Assembly: GCA_965603125.1 (NCBI GenBank)
Contig: CBFDBU010000002.1
Span: 2,046-66,045 of the forward strand
Direction: 5' to 3'
From: an uncultured bacterium
GTDB lineage: Bacteria > Zixibacteria > MSB-5A5 > GN15 > FEB-12
Length of the DNA: 64,000 nt
Shown here: positions 1-9,105 of the stretch, one piece after another
Layout: every line of letters begins with the position of its first letter
How positions within the stretch are numbered: the first letter of the stretch is position 1
Notes under the pieces: generated by a model
Told to the model about the DNA's origin: nothing
The model's database searches: none
What the model saw: only the letters and a program-made list of their open reading frames with translations
Position numbers and translations under genes: made by a program

Positions 1-890
1 CCGAAGTTGAGTTTGTTGAACATGTTCTCGCCGTCGTGGAAGAAAAAGTCATTGTAGTCGGCGGCAATCACGATCGCTTTGGAGAGCCACAACGACGCCC
101 CGACATTGACAATCATGGGCGTGTTCTCGCCGTCGATTTTCCCCAACACGTCTTCGATCTTGGCGCCAAGTTCCACTCTCTCGGGAATAAGCTCATAGAG
201 CAGGCCCAGATCGACACCCCAGCCGGATTTGGAGTCCTCGATCAGTGAGTCATAGGCGGTGTCAAGTTCCACATCGGAGGCTTTCAGATTTTCCCATACC
301 TCGTATCGCTTGATGATTTTCAGCGCTGCACCACCGTAGAGCGTGTTTGGAAGCGCCGAGACCGGTAGCTTGAACGCAAGCCCGGCGGTGAGAACCTGGT
401 CGCCGATGCCATGGAGCTGCGCCCGGGGTTCCAGGATGCCCATGTCGGCCTTGAACTCAATGTCAGTGGCGGCATAGGCACCGATAGCGAAATTGTGGAA
501 AGTGAGACCTACCTGCGGGTAAGCTCCGAAACCCATCCAGTTATCGTCGAAAGCAGCCAGTTCGTCTTTCAGAAATGTCCTTACTTCTTCGGTCGTATCC
601 ACGTAGTTCTCAAAAGCCTCCTGGTTGTCGTCCCAGACCTGTAACATGTCCAGGATGTCCTTACCCATCCGGACATTCAAGGTGACGATGTCCAGATGGA
701 AATCGCTCTTGGCCAGGAGGGCAGGGTTGTACATGAGGGCGCTGAAATTGTTCTGGGTGGTAATCCCTGCTCCTCCCATGCCCAGTGCCCGCACGTCGAC
801 AAAGTTCACATTGGGTGGCGCGGCCGCAACGGTACCGACCAGGGCCAGCATAGTCACGGCAGCCAATATCAAGATTGTTTTCCTGTACAT
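1..890 (-). CDS. Outer-membrane beta-barrel-type protein; the 3' end runs off the window, so it is absent from the ORF track
   Basis: Own translation from ATG 890-888 (GGAG 8 nt upstream): MYRKTILILAAVTMLALVGTVAAAPPNVNFVDVRALGMGGAGITTQNNFSALMYNPALLAK... The frame stays open to base 1. It has a signal peptide and a 'R.LGMGGAG' motif like TraF_2/UPF0164-type barrels. Confidence 0.55.
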   Translation of the reverse strand, partial: MYRKTILILAAVTMLALVGTVAAAPPNVNFVDVRALGMGGAGITTQNNFSALMYNPALLAKSDFHLDIVTLNVRMGKDILDMLQVWDDNQEAFENYVDTTEEVRTFLKDELAAFDDNWMGFGAYPQVGLTFHNFAIGAYAATDIEFKADMGILEPRAQLHGIGDQVLTAGLAFKLPVSALPNTLYGGAALKIIKRYEVWENLKASDVELDTAYDSLIEDSKSGWGVDLGLLYELIPERVELGAKIEDVLGKIDGENTPMIVNVGASLWLSKAIVIAADYNDFFFHDGENMFNKLNF

Positions 891-912
891 CAGATAGTCT
901 CCTCTGTCTGCT

Positions 913-1863
913 TCAGCCACCGAGGTCATAGTACCCGTTGCTGTCTTCGTCGACCCAGCCGTCGAAATCATCATCAAGGCCGTTGATGGTCTCCTCGTCC
1001 ACGCGGTTATCATGGTCATTGTCTTCATTATCATCGATCTTGTACATCTGGGCGATTTCGATGATCTCATCAAGGACATCTTCGATCTCGTCCGGATCGA
1101 TGGCGGGATCCTCAGTAAGGATGGCCAGGATTATTCCCAGCGACTCCTGGATAATGACCTCAACGTTGTCAATCAGCGTATTGAAGACCCGGACCAGGGA
1201 CGTGTCAATCGGTTGGGGGGCAGCGGCCAGTTGATCCCGGTTCCTCGCGGCCCCCGGCGGCCCCTGAGAGGCATAGTCAATCAGGTTCGTTATCATGAAG
1301 CCGCTCTGACCGTCGGTGAATTCGAAGATAAGATCGAAATCGTTGTCGGTGATGACTCCATCGAAATCCGTGTCCTGGAAAAACAGGATGCCCTTGATAC
1401 CGGCCACCAGGCCGAGGTCAAGGTCAATATCGCTGCTGTCATACCCGCCTGTGGTCTGACGATAGTAGATCGGATGCAGGTCTTCGTAAACGATCTTCAT
1501 GGCCTGGAACAGACGGTTGGCCTTTTCCTTAGACCAGTTGTCGCCCGAGAACGGCAGACCGTCCCCGTCGGCGAAGTCACCCTCGGAAAGATCCAGCCCT
1601 AACGTCAGGGCGTCGAATCCATAGACACGCATGGTAGCCTTGGCGTGATAATAACGGGCGTCGGAACTGGCCGGGTCTTCCTCCATAGCCTCGGCGAATT
1701 TCTGCTGGGCCAGTTCATACTCCGCGTCGTGCATGTGACGTCTACCGGCGTCTATCAGCGACTCGGTGCTCTCCCCGGATGTCCAACCAAAGATATTGCA
1801 TCCGGCGATGAGAACTGCGGCCAGCAGGAGCGGAACAGCCTGCAGAACCAGCTTTGGTCTCAT
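913..1863 (-). CDS. Lipoprotein of unknown function with an acidic D/N/E-rich C-terminal tail
   Basis: Part of ORF 913..2043. The internal ATG at 1863 gives MRPKLVLQAVPLLLAAVLIAGC (signal peptide plus lipobox LIAGC). The stop lies 22 nt before the next minus-strand gene. Confidence 0.6.
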   Translation of the reverse strand: MRPKLVLQAVPLLLAAVLIAGCNIFGWTSGESTESLIDAGRRHMHDAEYELAQQKFAEAMEEDPASSDARYYHAKATMRVYGFDALTLGLDLSEGDFADGDGLPFSGDNWSKEKANRLFQAMKIVYEDLHPIYYRQTTGGYDSSDIDLDLGLVAGIKGILFFQDTDFDGVITDNDFDLIFEFTDGQSGFMITNLIDYASQGPPGAARNRDQLAAAPQPIDTSLVRVFNTLIDNVEVIIQESLGIILAILTEDPAIDPDEIEDVLDEIIEIAQMYKIDDNEDNDHDNRVDEETINGLDDDFDGWVDEDSNGYYDLGG

Positions 1864-2108
1864 AACTCCATCCCTTCCTCTACTATATGTTTGAAAACCT
1901 TGTAGTATGCCAAAACATGCGCTGACGTACCTCGGTGCAACTGATTTAACAGTGCTCCCTCTTCCAGCCTCGCTGGTAAGAAGCAACCGAGGCCGGAACT
2001 GGAGAGTAATATGAAATGTCGGAAAGCCACTGCCGTTTGTCAAGCTTGAGGACGCAGCCCATTTGACCTTCAGGTTGACAAACCCGCCGCCGTTGATGAA
2101 ATTGAAGA

Positions 2109-3011
2109 ATGGCCGCCAAGAACGACAATGTCACGCACACCGTACTGGCGCTCAACAAGTTTGCCGGCGTGGGGCCGCGGCTGTTCGAGGCGTTGTTGCA
2201 CCGATACGGCAGTCTGGAGCGTATAGTCAGGGCTGATTCCGGATCGCTCATGACTATTGAAGGTATGAGCGCTCCAGACGCCAACAGGATCACCAAAGCC
2301 ACCGGGTTTCTTGCCGAGGCAGCCGAGTACCGCACCGCTCTCGCCGACCGCGATATCCAGGTGGAAACAAGGTTCGGCGATTCCTACCCCGAACGCTTTT
2401 TCGAACTGAATGACCCGCCGCCGCTGCTGTATGTTCGAGGCCGGATGCCGGACAACGGGAAAAAGGTGCTGACCGTAGCGGGAACTCAGGCGGCCACCAA
2501 TGAGGGAATCGAACTCACGGTTCATCTGGCGGGCGCCTGCGCGGCAGCGGGAGTCCAGGTTGTATCCACGCTTAAAAAAGGGATAGGCGCCGCCGCCCAC
2601 CTGGGCGCAAGAGCCGCCGACGGGTCATCGTACGCGGTGATTGACTCCGGCTTTGATCAAATCGACGCTACCGAAGAAATCCCGCTGGCGATCGATATTA
2701 TCCAGTCGGGCGGCATCCTGAGCGAATACCCACCGGAGAAGCATCTCGAAAGGGACTCATACCAGGCTGCCAACCGGCTTCTGGCGGGACTCGTCCAGGC
2801 AGTCGTGATCACCGAGGTCTACAAGGGCTCCAATCGCACCTGGGATCTGTTGTCCTGCTGCAGCCAGATCGGCAAGATGGCATTTGTGCTGATAGACCCG
2901 CGGCACGGCGCCCACGCCGATAAAGAGAGCCTGGACAGGGCGGTCTCCTGCGGGGCCATCCTGATGGTCGGACTGGACAAGATAGATGATATTATCAAGT
3001 CGCTGGTGTAA
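2109..3011 (+). CDS. dprA: DprA/Smf-like DNA-processing protein (divergent)
   Basis: 'YPERFFELNDPPPLLYVRG', then a Rossmann-like core '...VVSTLKKGIGAAAHLGA...AVIDSGFDQI...GGILSEYPP'. Usually conserved positions differ (GTQ for GSR, GIG for GID). Confidence 0.65.
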   Translation: MAAKNDNVTHTVLALNKFAGVGPRLFEALLHRYGSLERIVRADSGSLMTIEGMSAPDANRITKATGFLAEAAEYRTALADRDIQVETRFGDSYPERFFELNDPPPLLYVRGRMPDNGKKVLTVAGTQAATNEGIELTVHLAGACAAAGVQVVSTLKKGIGAAAHLGARAADGSSYAVIDSGFDQIDATEEIPLAIDIIQSGGILSEYPPEKHLERDSYQAANRLLAGLVQAVVITEVYKGSNRTWDLLSCCSQIGKMAFVLIDPRHGAHADKESLDRAVSCGAILMVGLDKIDDIIKSLV

Positions 3012-3110
3012 ATCCCTCACACGGGAGGTTGCCACAAAATTCGGAACAGAGTACAAAACAGCAACTTTGTTACTCTATGGGTCATTCCCGCTCCGCCTTA
3101 GTAGCAGTGG

Positions 3111-3145
3111 GGCAGGATGCCAGCGATCCTGCCATTCTATCTGAG
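3111..3145 (+). terminator. Hairpin GGCAGGAT-N7-ATCCTGCC followed by a weakly T-rich tract; possible terminator after dprA
   Basis: 8-bp perfect stem at 3111-3118 / 3126-3133. It is preceded by a 'gtcattcccgc' repeat fragment (3081-3091). Confidence 0.35.
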
Positions 3146-3170
3146 AGCGTCCGGGAAGTGTGTGTGCTGA

Positions 3171-3782
3171 ATGGATGATCAATACTACGAAATTGCCGGG
3201 CAGGCTCGGATCGAAATAAAAAGGAAAGGCTCCCGCTTCATCGCCGAGACGTGCCCTGTGGATTCCGTTGAAGAAGCGCATGAACAACTCGAGATCGTTC
3301 GCAAACGGGAGCACGCCGCCACTCATCACTGCTACGCCTACCGCGTGGGACTTGCCAACGATGCTCGTTTTAAGTACTCCGATGACGGCGAGCCCGGCGG
3401 TACCGCCGGCCGCCCGATCTATGATATCATCTGTGGCCGCGCGGTCACGAACGTTCTCCTGGTGGTGACACGCTATTTCGGAGGCACCAAATTGGGCACC
3501 GGCGGTCTGGCCAGAGCATACGGCGACGCCGCCAGAGAGGCGATGGACCGATCAGGCCGCAAGGAACGCTTTCTCACCGTACTAATTGGTGTCCAGCTTG
3601 AGTTCTCCCTCTATGATCGCCTGGCCAAGCTGACCCGGCAGTATGAAGCCCGGCAGAAGGACGCGGAGTTTTCCGAGCGAGTGTCGGTGCGCTTGCAGGT
3701 GCGCCGCTCCCTCGTTGATCGATTGACCGCCGACATTATCAAACTGAGCGGAGGCAAGGCCCGCATTGAAAAACTCGGTTGA
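3171..3782 (+). CDS. yigZ: IMPACT/YigZ family protein (UPF0029)
   Basis: 'KGSRFIA', 'ATHHCYAYRVG', 'DDGEPGGTAGRPI', 'VVTRYFGGTKLGTGGLARAY'. Confidence 0.85.
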   Translation: MDDQYYEIAGQARIEIKRKGSRFIAETCPVDSVEEAHEQLEIVRKREHAATHHCYAYRVGLANDARFKYSDDGEPGGTAGRPIYDIICGRAVTNVLLVVTRYFGGTKLGTGGLARAYGDAAREAMDRSGRKERFLTVLIGVQLEFSLYDRLAKLTRQYEARQKDAEFSERVSVRLQVRRSLVDRLTADIIKLSGGKARIEKLG

Positions 3783-4710
3783 AAGCGATACGGTCGACTG
3801 CCTGGGCATGGGGATAATGCCGCTTGACCTCCTTTACAGCGTGAAACGACTACCACTGGCCGGGGAGAAGATCGACGCCCTTGACCGCACTCTCCAGGGA
3901 GGTGGCCCGGTGCCGAACGCCCTGGTTGGTCTTTCCCGGCTCGGCCTGAGCACCGCTCTTATTGCCGTGGTGGGGGATGACCATATGGGCCGCACGTTGA
4001 TTGCTGAGTTGCAAAGGGAAGGTGTCGATCATAGCCTGGTTGTCTCAAAGAAAAGGCCGACGGCGGTCGCTATCGGTCTGATAGAGCTTGGCTCCGGCCG
4101 AAGGACTATCGTACTGCACCGCAGGGTCTTCATTGGCTCTCGCGACGTCAGGACATCAGCTTGCCCCATTCCGCGAGTGGTTCATCTGGATGGTCGCGAT
4201 CTTGAAGCGACCATGAAACTCGCCAGGTGGGCCAGAAGAGTGGGCGCAGCCGTTTCGTTCGATATCGGGTCGGTGCGCAATGACGTTACTCCGGTTCTGC
4301 CGCTGGTCGACCATCTGGTTGTGGCCGATGCTTTTGCTTTCTCTTATACCGGAGCAAGGAGGGCAGCGGCGGCGATCAGGCGACTGGCCGATATCTGCCC
4401 GGGAAGCATTGTCGTTACCGAGGGTCTCAAGGGATCAACCGGACTGGAAAGGGAAGCCGGCAGGACTACCGGTGAGATGATTCGGCAGCCGGCATTCAAA
4501 GTGGCGTGCGTTGACGCCACCGGCGCGGGTGACAGCTTTCACGCGGGGTACCTATACGGCTTGCTGAAGGGTCTTGATATGGCCGGGCGTCTTGAGTTTG
4601 GCGCCGCCGTAGCCGCGCTGAAATGCCGTCGGTCCGGCGCCCGCGCCGGCGCCCCGACGCTACGGCAGGTAATGAGATTTCTAAGAGACAATCCGAGGAC
4701 CTATGCTTGA
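3766..4710 (+). CDS. PfkB-family carbohydrate/nucleoside kinase
   Basis: 'GGGPVPNALVGLSRLG' near the N-terminus and 'DATGAGDSFHAGYLYGLLKG' near the C-terminus. TTG start overlaps the yigZ end by 17 nt. Confidence 0.8.
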   Translation: MKNSVESDTVDCLGMGIMPLDLLYSVKRLPLAGEKIDALDRTLQGGGPVPNALVGLSRLGLSTALIAVVGDDHMGRTLIAELQREGVDHSLVVSKKRPTAVAIGLIELGSGRRTIVLHRRVFIGSRDVRTSACPIPRVVHLDGRDLEATMKLARWARRVGAAVSFDIGSVRNDVTPVLPLVDHLVVADAFAFSYTGARRAAAAIRRLADICPGSIVVTEGLKGSTGLEREAGRTTGEMIRQPAFKVACVDATGAGDSFHAGYLYGLLKGLDMAGRLEFGAAVAALKCRRSGARAGAPTLRQVMRFLRDNPRTYA

Positions 4711-5299
4711 GTATCTTGAGGCGATTGACCGGGCGTTGTTTGTTTTCTTGAATGTTCAGTTGGCCAATCCTCTGACCGGTTTCATCATGCCCATCATTAC
4801 CTCCGACACCGTACTGCGGGTCCTCTACGGGGCCGCCATGGCCATCTTATTGTGGCGCGGCGATCGGCGGCTTCGGTGGCTGGTTCTTTTTTCGGCCGTC
4901 ACCCTACTTCTGACCGACCAGATTTCCAGCAATTTCCTCAAGAGCCTCATTGCGCGTCCGCGACCCTGTCACGTTCTGGAGGGGATAAACCTGCTGGTCG
5001 GCTGTGGGGGAGGGTTTGCCATGCCGTCGTCACACGCCGCCAACGCCTTTGGCCAGGCTTTCCTCTTCTCGTGGTGCGTAAGGGGAACCGAGTATTATCT
5101 CTATACCTTCGCCGGTCTGGTGGCTCTCAGCCGGGTTTTTGTCGGCGTCCACTATCCAGGGGATGTGATAGCCGGCGCCGCCCTGGGCGTCTTGATCGGC
5201 CTGTCGTTGGCGGTGGTTTTTGCCAGGTTTGAAAGCCGGTATTGTCGGAGTCGCGAGGTTACAAATACCACGCCGGAACGTGATGACATATCACGATGA
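4703..5299 (+). CDS. PAP2-family membrane phosphatase (undecaprenyl-diphosphate / phosphatidylglycerophosphate phosphatase type)
   Basis: Three PAP2 motifs: 'KSLIARPRP', 'PSSH', 'SRVFVGVHYPGDV'. Several hydrophobic segments. 8-nt overlap with the pfkB-like gene. Confidence 0.85.
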   Translation: MLEYLEAIDRALFVFLNVQLANPLTGFIMPIITSDTVLRVLYGAAMAILLWRGDRRLRWLVLFSAVTLLLTDQISSNFLKSLIARPRPCHVLEGINLLVGCGGGFAMPSSHAANAFGQAFLFSWCVRGTEYYLYTFAGLVALSRVFVGVHYPGDVIAGAALGVLIGLSLAVVFARFESRYCRSREVTNTTPERDDISR

Positions 5300-5352
5300 C
5301 ATAGTAAGAGCCGTGATTGACGGAGCCATACTCATTCGAGAGGAGCACAGCA

Positions 5353-5862
5353 ATGGCGTTTGAAATCGAAGTCGTCCGGGGCGATATTACCGACGCTGAT
5401 GTTGCGGCAATCGTCAATGCCGCCAACAACGAGCTCTGGATGGGCGCCGGGGTGGCAGGGGCAATCAAGCGGGCAGGCGGGGAGGTGATCGAATCCGAGG
5501 CGGTGGCGAAGGGTCCCATCATGCCGGGCGAGGCTGTCTATACCGGAGCCGGAAGGCTGCCCTTCAAGATCGTGATCCACGCTGCGGTGATGGGGCAGGA
5601 CCTGCGTACTACCGACAAGCTGATCCGGCAGGCCACCATCGCCGGCCTCAATATCGCCGAGAAACTGAAGATAGAATCCGTCGCTTTTCCGGCGTTCGGC
5701 ACCGGGGTGGGCGGCTTTCCCATGACGGCCTGCGCCAATATCATGACCAAAGCGGTACGCGCCTATCAGCCCCTGTCGGAGCATATCAGGCGAGTGCAGT
5801 TCTGCCTGTTTGACGATCTCGGATACGCGGCCTTCACGGAGGCTCTCAAACCGATCGGTTAA
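5353..5862 (+). CDS. Macro-domain protein (ADP-ribose binding / O-acetyl-ADP-ribose deacetylase type)
   Basis: 'IVNAANNELWMGAGVAGAIKRAGG' and 'AFPAFGTGVGGFP'. GAGAGGAG lies 7 nt before ATG 5353, which I prefer to the TTG at 5317 used by the track. Confidence 0.85.
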   Translation: MAFEIEVVRGDITDADVAAIVNAANNELWMGAGVAGAIKRAGGEVIESEAVAKGPIMPGEAVYTGAGRLPFKIVIHAAVMGQDLRTTDKLIRQATIAGLNIAEKLKIESVAFPAFGTGVGGFPMTACANIMTKAVRAYQPLSEHIRRVQFCLFDDLGYAAFTEALKPIG

Positions 5863-6419
5863 TCGCCTACCTTGATCTTCATGCGGCCGTTGAACGCCAG
5901 CGTCGCGCCGGATGAATTGTGGTACTCACCGTCCAGGGAGATGAAAAATCGGCCGGAAGAAGCCGAATCAACGACAAAGAAACCGGACACCGGCATGAAA
6001 ACCTTCTCTCCGACCGGCCGGTCGTATCGCCCCAGAAGGTAAACAAAGGAGTTGTCCGGCAACTGTATCGTATCCGGCTGCGGCATGGGCGGCAGCTGCA
6101 TGTAGATCTGGCACCGCAGGTACTCGTCGAAGGAAAGGAAGTTCAGGCGATCTCTTTCGGATCGTCTGGCGCGGGTACCCACGGTTACCACGGCCACGTT
6201 CCCCTGGCCGGCACGGACCCTGGTGTCAGCGTGAGGATCGCCCAGGTCGGCATCCATTACGTACTGAGTCTGCTCGACCTTCACTTTGCGGCTCTTCTCC
6301 TCGATGGTCATGTTGAGATCAAGCCTGTACCGGCTGCTGCACGCCGTCAGGAGCGCGGCAAGGGTGACCAGGCACACAACGGCGCGAGTCGGCTTTTTTC
6401 GATGATCTGACACACCCAA
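5859..6419 (-). CDS. Lipoprotein, function unknown
   Basis: 186-aa ORF. The N-terminus 'VVCLVTLAALLTACSS' is a signal peptide plus lipobox. No recognisable catalytic motif. Confidence 0.5.
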   Translation of the reverse strand: MGVSDHRKKPTRAVVCLVTLAALLTACSSRYRLDLNMTIEEKSRKVKVEQTQYVMDADLGDPHADTRVRAGQGNVAVVTVGTRARRSERDRLNFLSFDEYLRCQIYMQLPPMPQPDTIQLPDNSFVYLLGRYDRPVGEKVFMPVSGFFVVDSASSGRFFISLDGEYHNSSGATLAFNGRMKIKVGD

Positions 6420-6555
6420 GTATAGGAGTCCGAGGCCCCTGGGTCAACAAAATGTACGACTGTGAATCGGCCGCTGCGGTCGATGTCGGATTGCAGTCCG
6501 TTCGATCTGGCCGTGTTCAATGTGAGGCGGCAGATGCTGATGCAGACCGCCGCCG

Positions 6556-7683
6556 CTATATCGGCATCTCAACGATGCGGTACCTCTTGTACGGCTGGGC
6601 GCCCATCTGCTTCATGGTGCTGCGCATGAGTTCGTTTGTTTCCAATACCCAGGAGAGTTCAGCCCAGCGGTAGCCGCTTCTTAGGGCCCGCCTGTGGCAC
6701 TCGGCATACAGCATCATTTCCACGCCCCGCCTGCGGAATTGCGGGATAACACCCATCGTGACCACCCGCAGGCTGTCAATTTTGTTTCTGATCCTGGTGT
6801 GCCAGAGAAGCTTGAAGAGTCCCAGGGGGAAGAGCCTGCCGTTCAGACGTATCAGGGCCTGGTTGACGTCGGGCAGAGCCATCAGAAAGGCGATGGGCCG
6901 GCCTTCGTACTCCGCCAGAAACACAAACTCCGGATCCACTATCTGTCTGAGGTTACGGGAGATGTACCTGAACTCGTCCTCACTGATCGGTACGAAACCC
7001 CAGTTGTGTTCCCAGGCCTGGTTGTAGACTTCTCTGACCAGTTGCACTTCACGGTTGAAGTCCTTTATGTTAAGGGAGCGCAGCGTCACCCTGGAGCGCT
7101 TCTGTAGCCAGTCGATCACGTTCCGGACGCGATCGGAGACAGGTGTCTCTTCGGTAAGTTTGTAGGCGATCAGGTCCATGGCCTTCTTGAGGCCGAACTT
7201 CTCGGCCAGCCGGGGCAAATACGGTCTGTTGTAAGTCATCATCACCGCCGGCGGGGAGTCGAAACCCTCTATCAGGAAGCCGCACTCGTGATTGGTGGAG
7301 AAGTTCATGGGGCCGCGCATCCTCTCCATACCGTCCCGCTTGAGTTCGATCATGGCTACCCGCAGCAGTTGCCGGGCAACCTCGTAGTCGTCCTCACAGT
7401 CGAAAAAGCCGAAGAAGCCGGTCTGCTCGCTGTGGACTTCGTTATGAGTGTAGTCGATACAGGTGGCGATGCGGCCGGTGATGTTTCCGTTGCGCATGGC
7501 CAGAAAGAGCTTCACCCTGGCGGCGTGGTAGAACGGGTTTTTCTTGAAATCGAAGAATTCCCGCCGTTCAGATCTCAGGGGCGTTACGTAACAGGGGTCT
7601 CCCCGGTACAGCTTGTCGGGGTAGGTGATAAAAGCGCCAAGCTGCGAGGACGACTCGACTTCTACAATGTCGATCTTCGACAT
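6556..7683 (-). CDS. Large GNAT-fold N-acyltransferase-like protein
   Basis: 375 aa from ATG 7683 (the track uses TTG 7689). N-terminus 'YPDKLYRGDPCYVTPLRSERREFFDFKKNPFYHAARVKLFLA..G.ITGRIA' and C-terminal 'VIPQFRRRGVEMMLY' (GNAT acyl-CoA-binding type R-R-G motif). It starts 6 nt after the stop of the upstream oxoamine synthase. Confidence 0.6.
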   Translation of the reverse strand: MSKIDIVEVESSSQLGAFITYPDKLYRGDPCYVTPLRSERREFFDFKKNPFYHAARVKLFLAMRNGNITGRIATCIDYTHNEVHSEQTGFFGFFDCEDDYEVARQLLRVAMIELKRDGMERMRGPMNFSTNHECGFLIEGFDSPPAVMMTYNRPYLPRLAEKFGLKKAMDLIAYKLTEETPVSDRVRNVIDWLQKRSRVTLRSLNIKDFNREVQLVREVYNQAWEHNWGFVPISEDEFRYISRNLRQIVDPEFVFLAEYEGRPIAFLMALPDVNQALIRLNGRLFPLGLFKLLWHTRIRNKIDSLRVVTMGVIPQFRRRGVEMMLYAECHRRALRSGYRWAELSWVLETNELMRSTMKQMGAQPYKRYRIVEMPI

Positions 7684-7689
7684 GGGCAA

Positions 7690-8916
7690 CTATGAAATGA
7701 TATCTCGTTCGCGGCCCACTCTGGCCACGACCTCGACAACACGGTTCAGTTGTTCATCGGTATGCGTGGCGGTGTATGAGGTCCGGATCATCGCCTGTCC
7801 GGGCGGCACGGCCGGCGAGATCACGGGGTTGGTGAAGACCCCGTTGTCGAACAGTGCTTTCCAGAAGGCAAAGGCGTCGAGGTCCTCACCCACAACGATC
7901 GAGACCACCGGGGTCTGGGTCTTCCCGATATCAAATCCAAGATCCCGGAATGCCTTCTGCATGCGACGGGCGTTCTTCCAGAGGTTTTCGCGCCGTTCCG
8001 GCTCGGTCTCGATAATGTCCAGCGCCGCCAGCACCGCCGCCGCATTGGCGGGGGGAATCGACGCCGAAAAAAGCAGCGCGCGGGCCGTATGCTTGACCCA
8101 TTCGATGACCGCTTTCTCGGCCACGATGAAACCGCCCAGAGACGCAAACGATTTCGAAAACGTGCCCATAGTGATATCCACTTTGTCAATTAAACCGAAA
8201 TGCTCGGCGGTGCCGGCGCCGGTCTCGCCCATCACCCCTACCGAGTGGGCATCGTCGACCATCACGCGCACCCCGTGGCGCTCGGATATTTCCACCAACC
8301 GGGGCAGATCGATGATGTCCCCTTCCATGGAGAATACGCCGTCAACGACGACCATCAGCCCGCCGCGCAACTGGTTCTTGCGAACATTGGTCACCACCCG
8401 CTCGTAGTCTTCCATGTCGTTGTGGGCGAACTTGTAGGTCTTGCCGTACGACAGCCGGGCGCCGTCTACTATGCAGGCATGGTCCTGGCGATCGATGATC
8501 ACGGCGTCATTCTTGCCCACCAGGGTCGAGATTGTCCCCAAGTTGGTCTGAAAGCCGGTGGAGAATATCAGCGCCGCATCCCTTTTCATGAACCGGGCGA
8601 GGCGGTCCTCAAGCTCTATGTGCAGGTCGAGGGTGCCGTTGAGGAGACGGGAGCCGGTGCACCCGGAGCCGTATTTCCTGGCGGCGGCGGCGGCGGCCTC
8701 CTTCATCTTGGGGTGGTTGACCAGGCCCAGGTAGTTGTTGGAGCCGACCATGATGCATCTTTTGCCGTCAACAATGACTTCATTGCCGGGGGCCGACTGC
8801 AGGGCGTGAAAATACGGGTATATGCCCAGGTCCCTGATTTTCTGCGGGTCGGCGTAGTTGTAGCACTTCTCAAACACGTCAGGGTAAGCGACCCCGGTTT
8901 TTCTCTCTACTTTCAA
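7690..8916 (-). CDS. PLP-dependent alpha-oxoamine synthase, serine palmitoyltransferase-like
   Basis: 'YPYFHALQS', 'GSNNYLGL', 'GSGCTGSRLLNG', 'DDAHSVG', PLP-lysine motif 'GTFSKSFASLGGF', 'SASIPP'. By eye it aligns along its length to Sphingomonas-type SPT. BioF or Kbl cannot be excluded without phylogeny. Confidence 0.8.
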   Translation of the reverse strand: MKVERKTGVAYPDVFEKCYNYADPQKIRDLGIYPYFHALQSAPGNEVIVDGKRCIMVGSNNYLGLVNHPKMKEAAAAAARKYGSGCTGSRLLNGTLDLHIELEDRLARFMKRDAALIFSTGFQTNLGTISTLVGKNDAVIIDRQDHACIVDGARLSYGKTYKFAHNDMEDYERVVTNVRKNQLRGGLMVVVDGVFSMEGDIIDLPRLVEISERHGVRVMVDDAHSVGVMGETGAGTAEHFGLIDKVDITMGTFSKSFASLGGFIVAEKAVIEWVKHTARALLFSASIPPANAAAVLAALDIIETEPERRENLWKNARRMQKAFRDLGFDIGKTQTPVVSIVVGEDLDAFAFWKALFDNGVFTNPVISPAVPPGQAMIRTSYTATHTDEQLNRVVEVVARVGRERDIIS

Positions 8917-8951
8917 GCAGGCTCCTTTCTCAACGTCTCCGGCAATTGGTG

Positions 8952-8980
8952 ATTAAACGACATCTACCCGCGCTTGTCAA
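8952..8980 (-). promoter_or_regulatory. Sigma70-type promoter for the oxoamine-synthase/GNAT pair
   Basis: Minus strand reads TTGACA (8980-8975), 17-nt spacer, TTTAAT (8957-8952), about 35 nt upstream of the start at 8916. Confidence 0.5.
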
Positions 8981-9105
8981 GGAAATAGCTGATCCGGCGA
9001 AAGGCGGAGCTTCCCTGTCAGGAGACGCAATCGAGCAGCAGTTGCACAACGTTGTCGTCCTCGACTTGAGCGATATCAGGGCATCGTCCCGGCTCAGGGG
9101 ATCAA

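Noticed and set aside
913-2043. N-terminal 60-codon extension of the lipoprotein ORF, and similar upstream extensions of the track ORFs at 17002, 25320-26537, 38740, 44546-46027, 52585, 53876 and 60518
   Set aside because: In each case an internal start codon gives a canonical signal peptide or a conserved N-terminus, usually with an RBS. The extension has no coding signature or overlaps a neighbouring gene.
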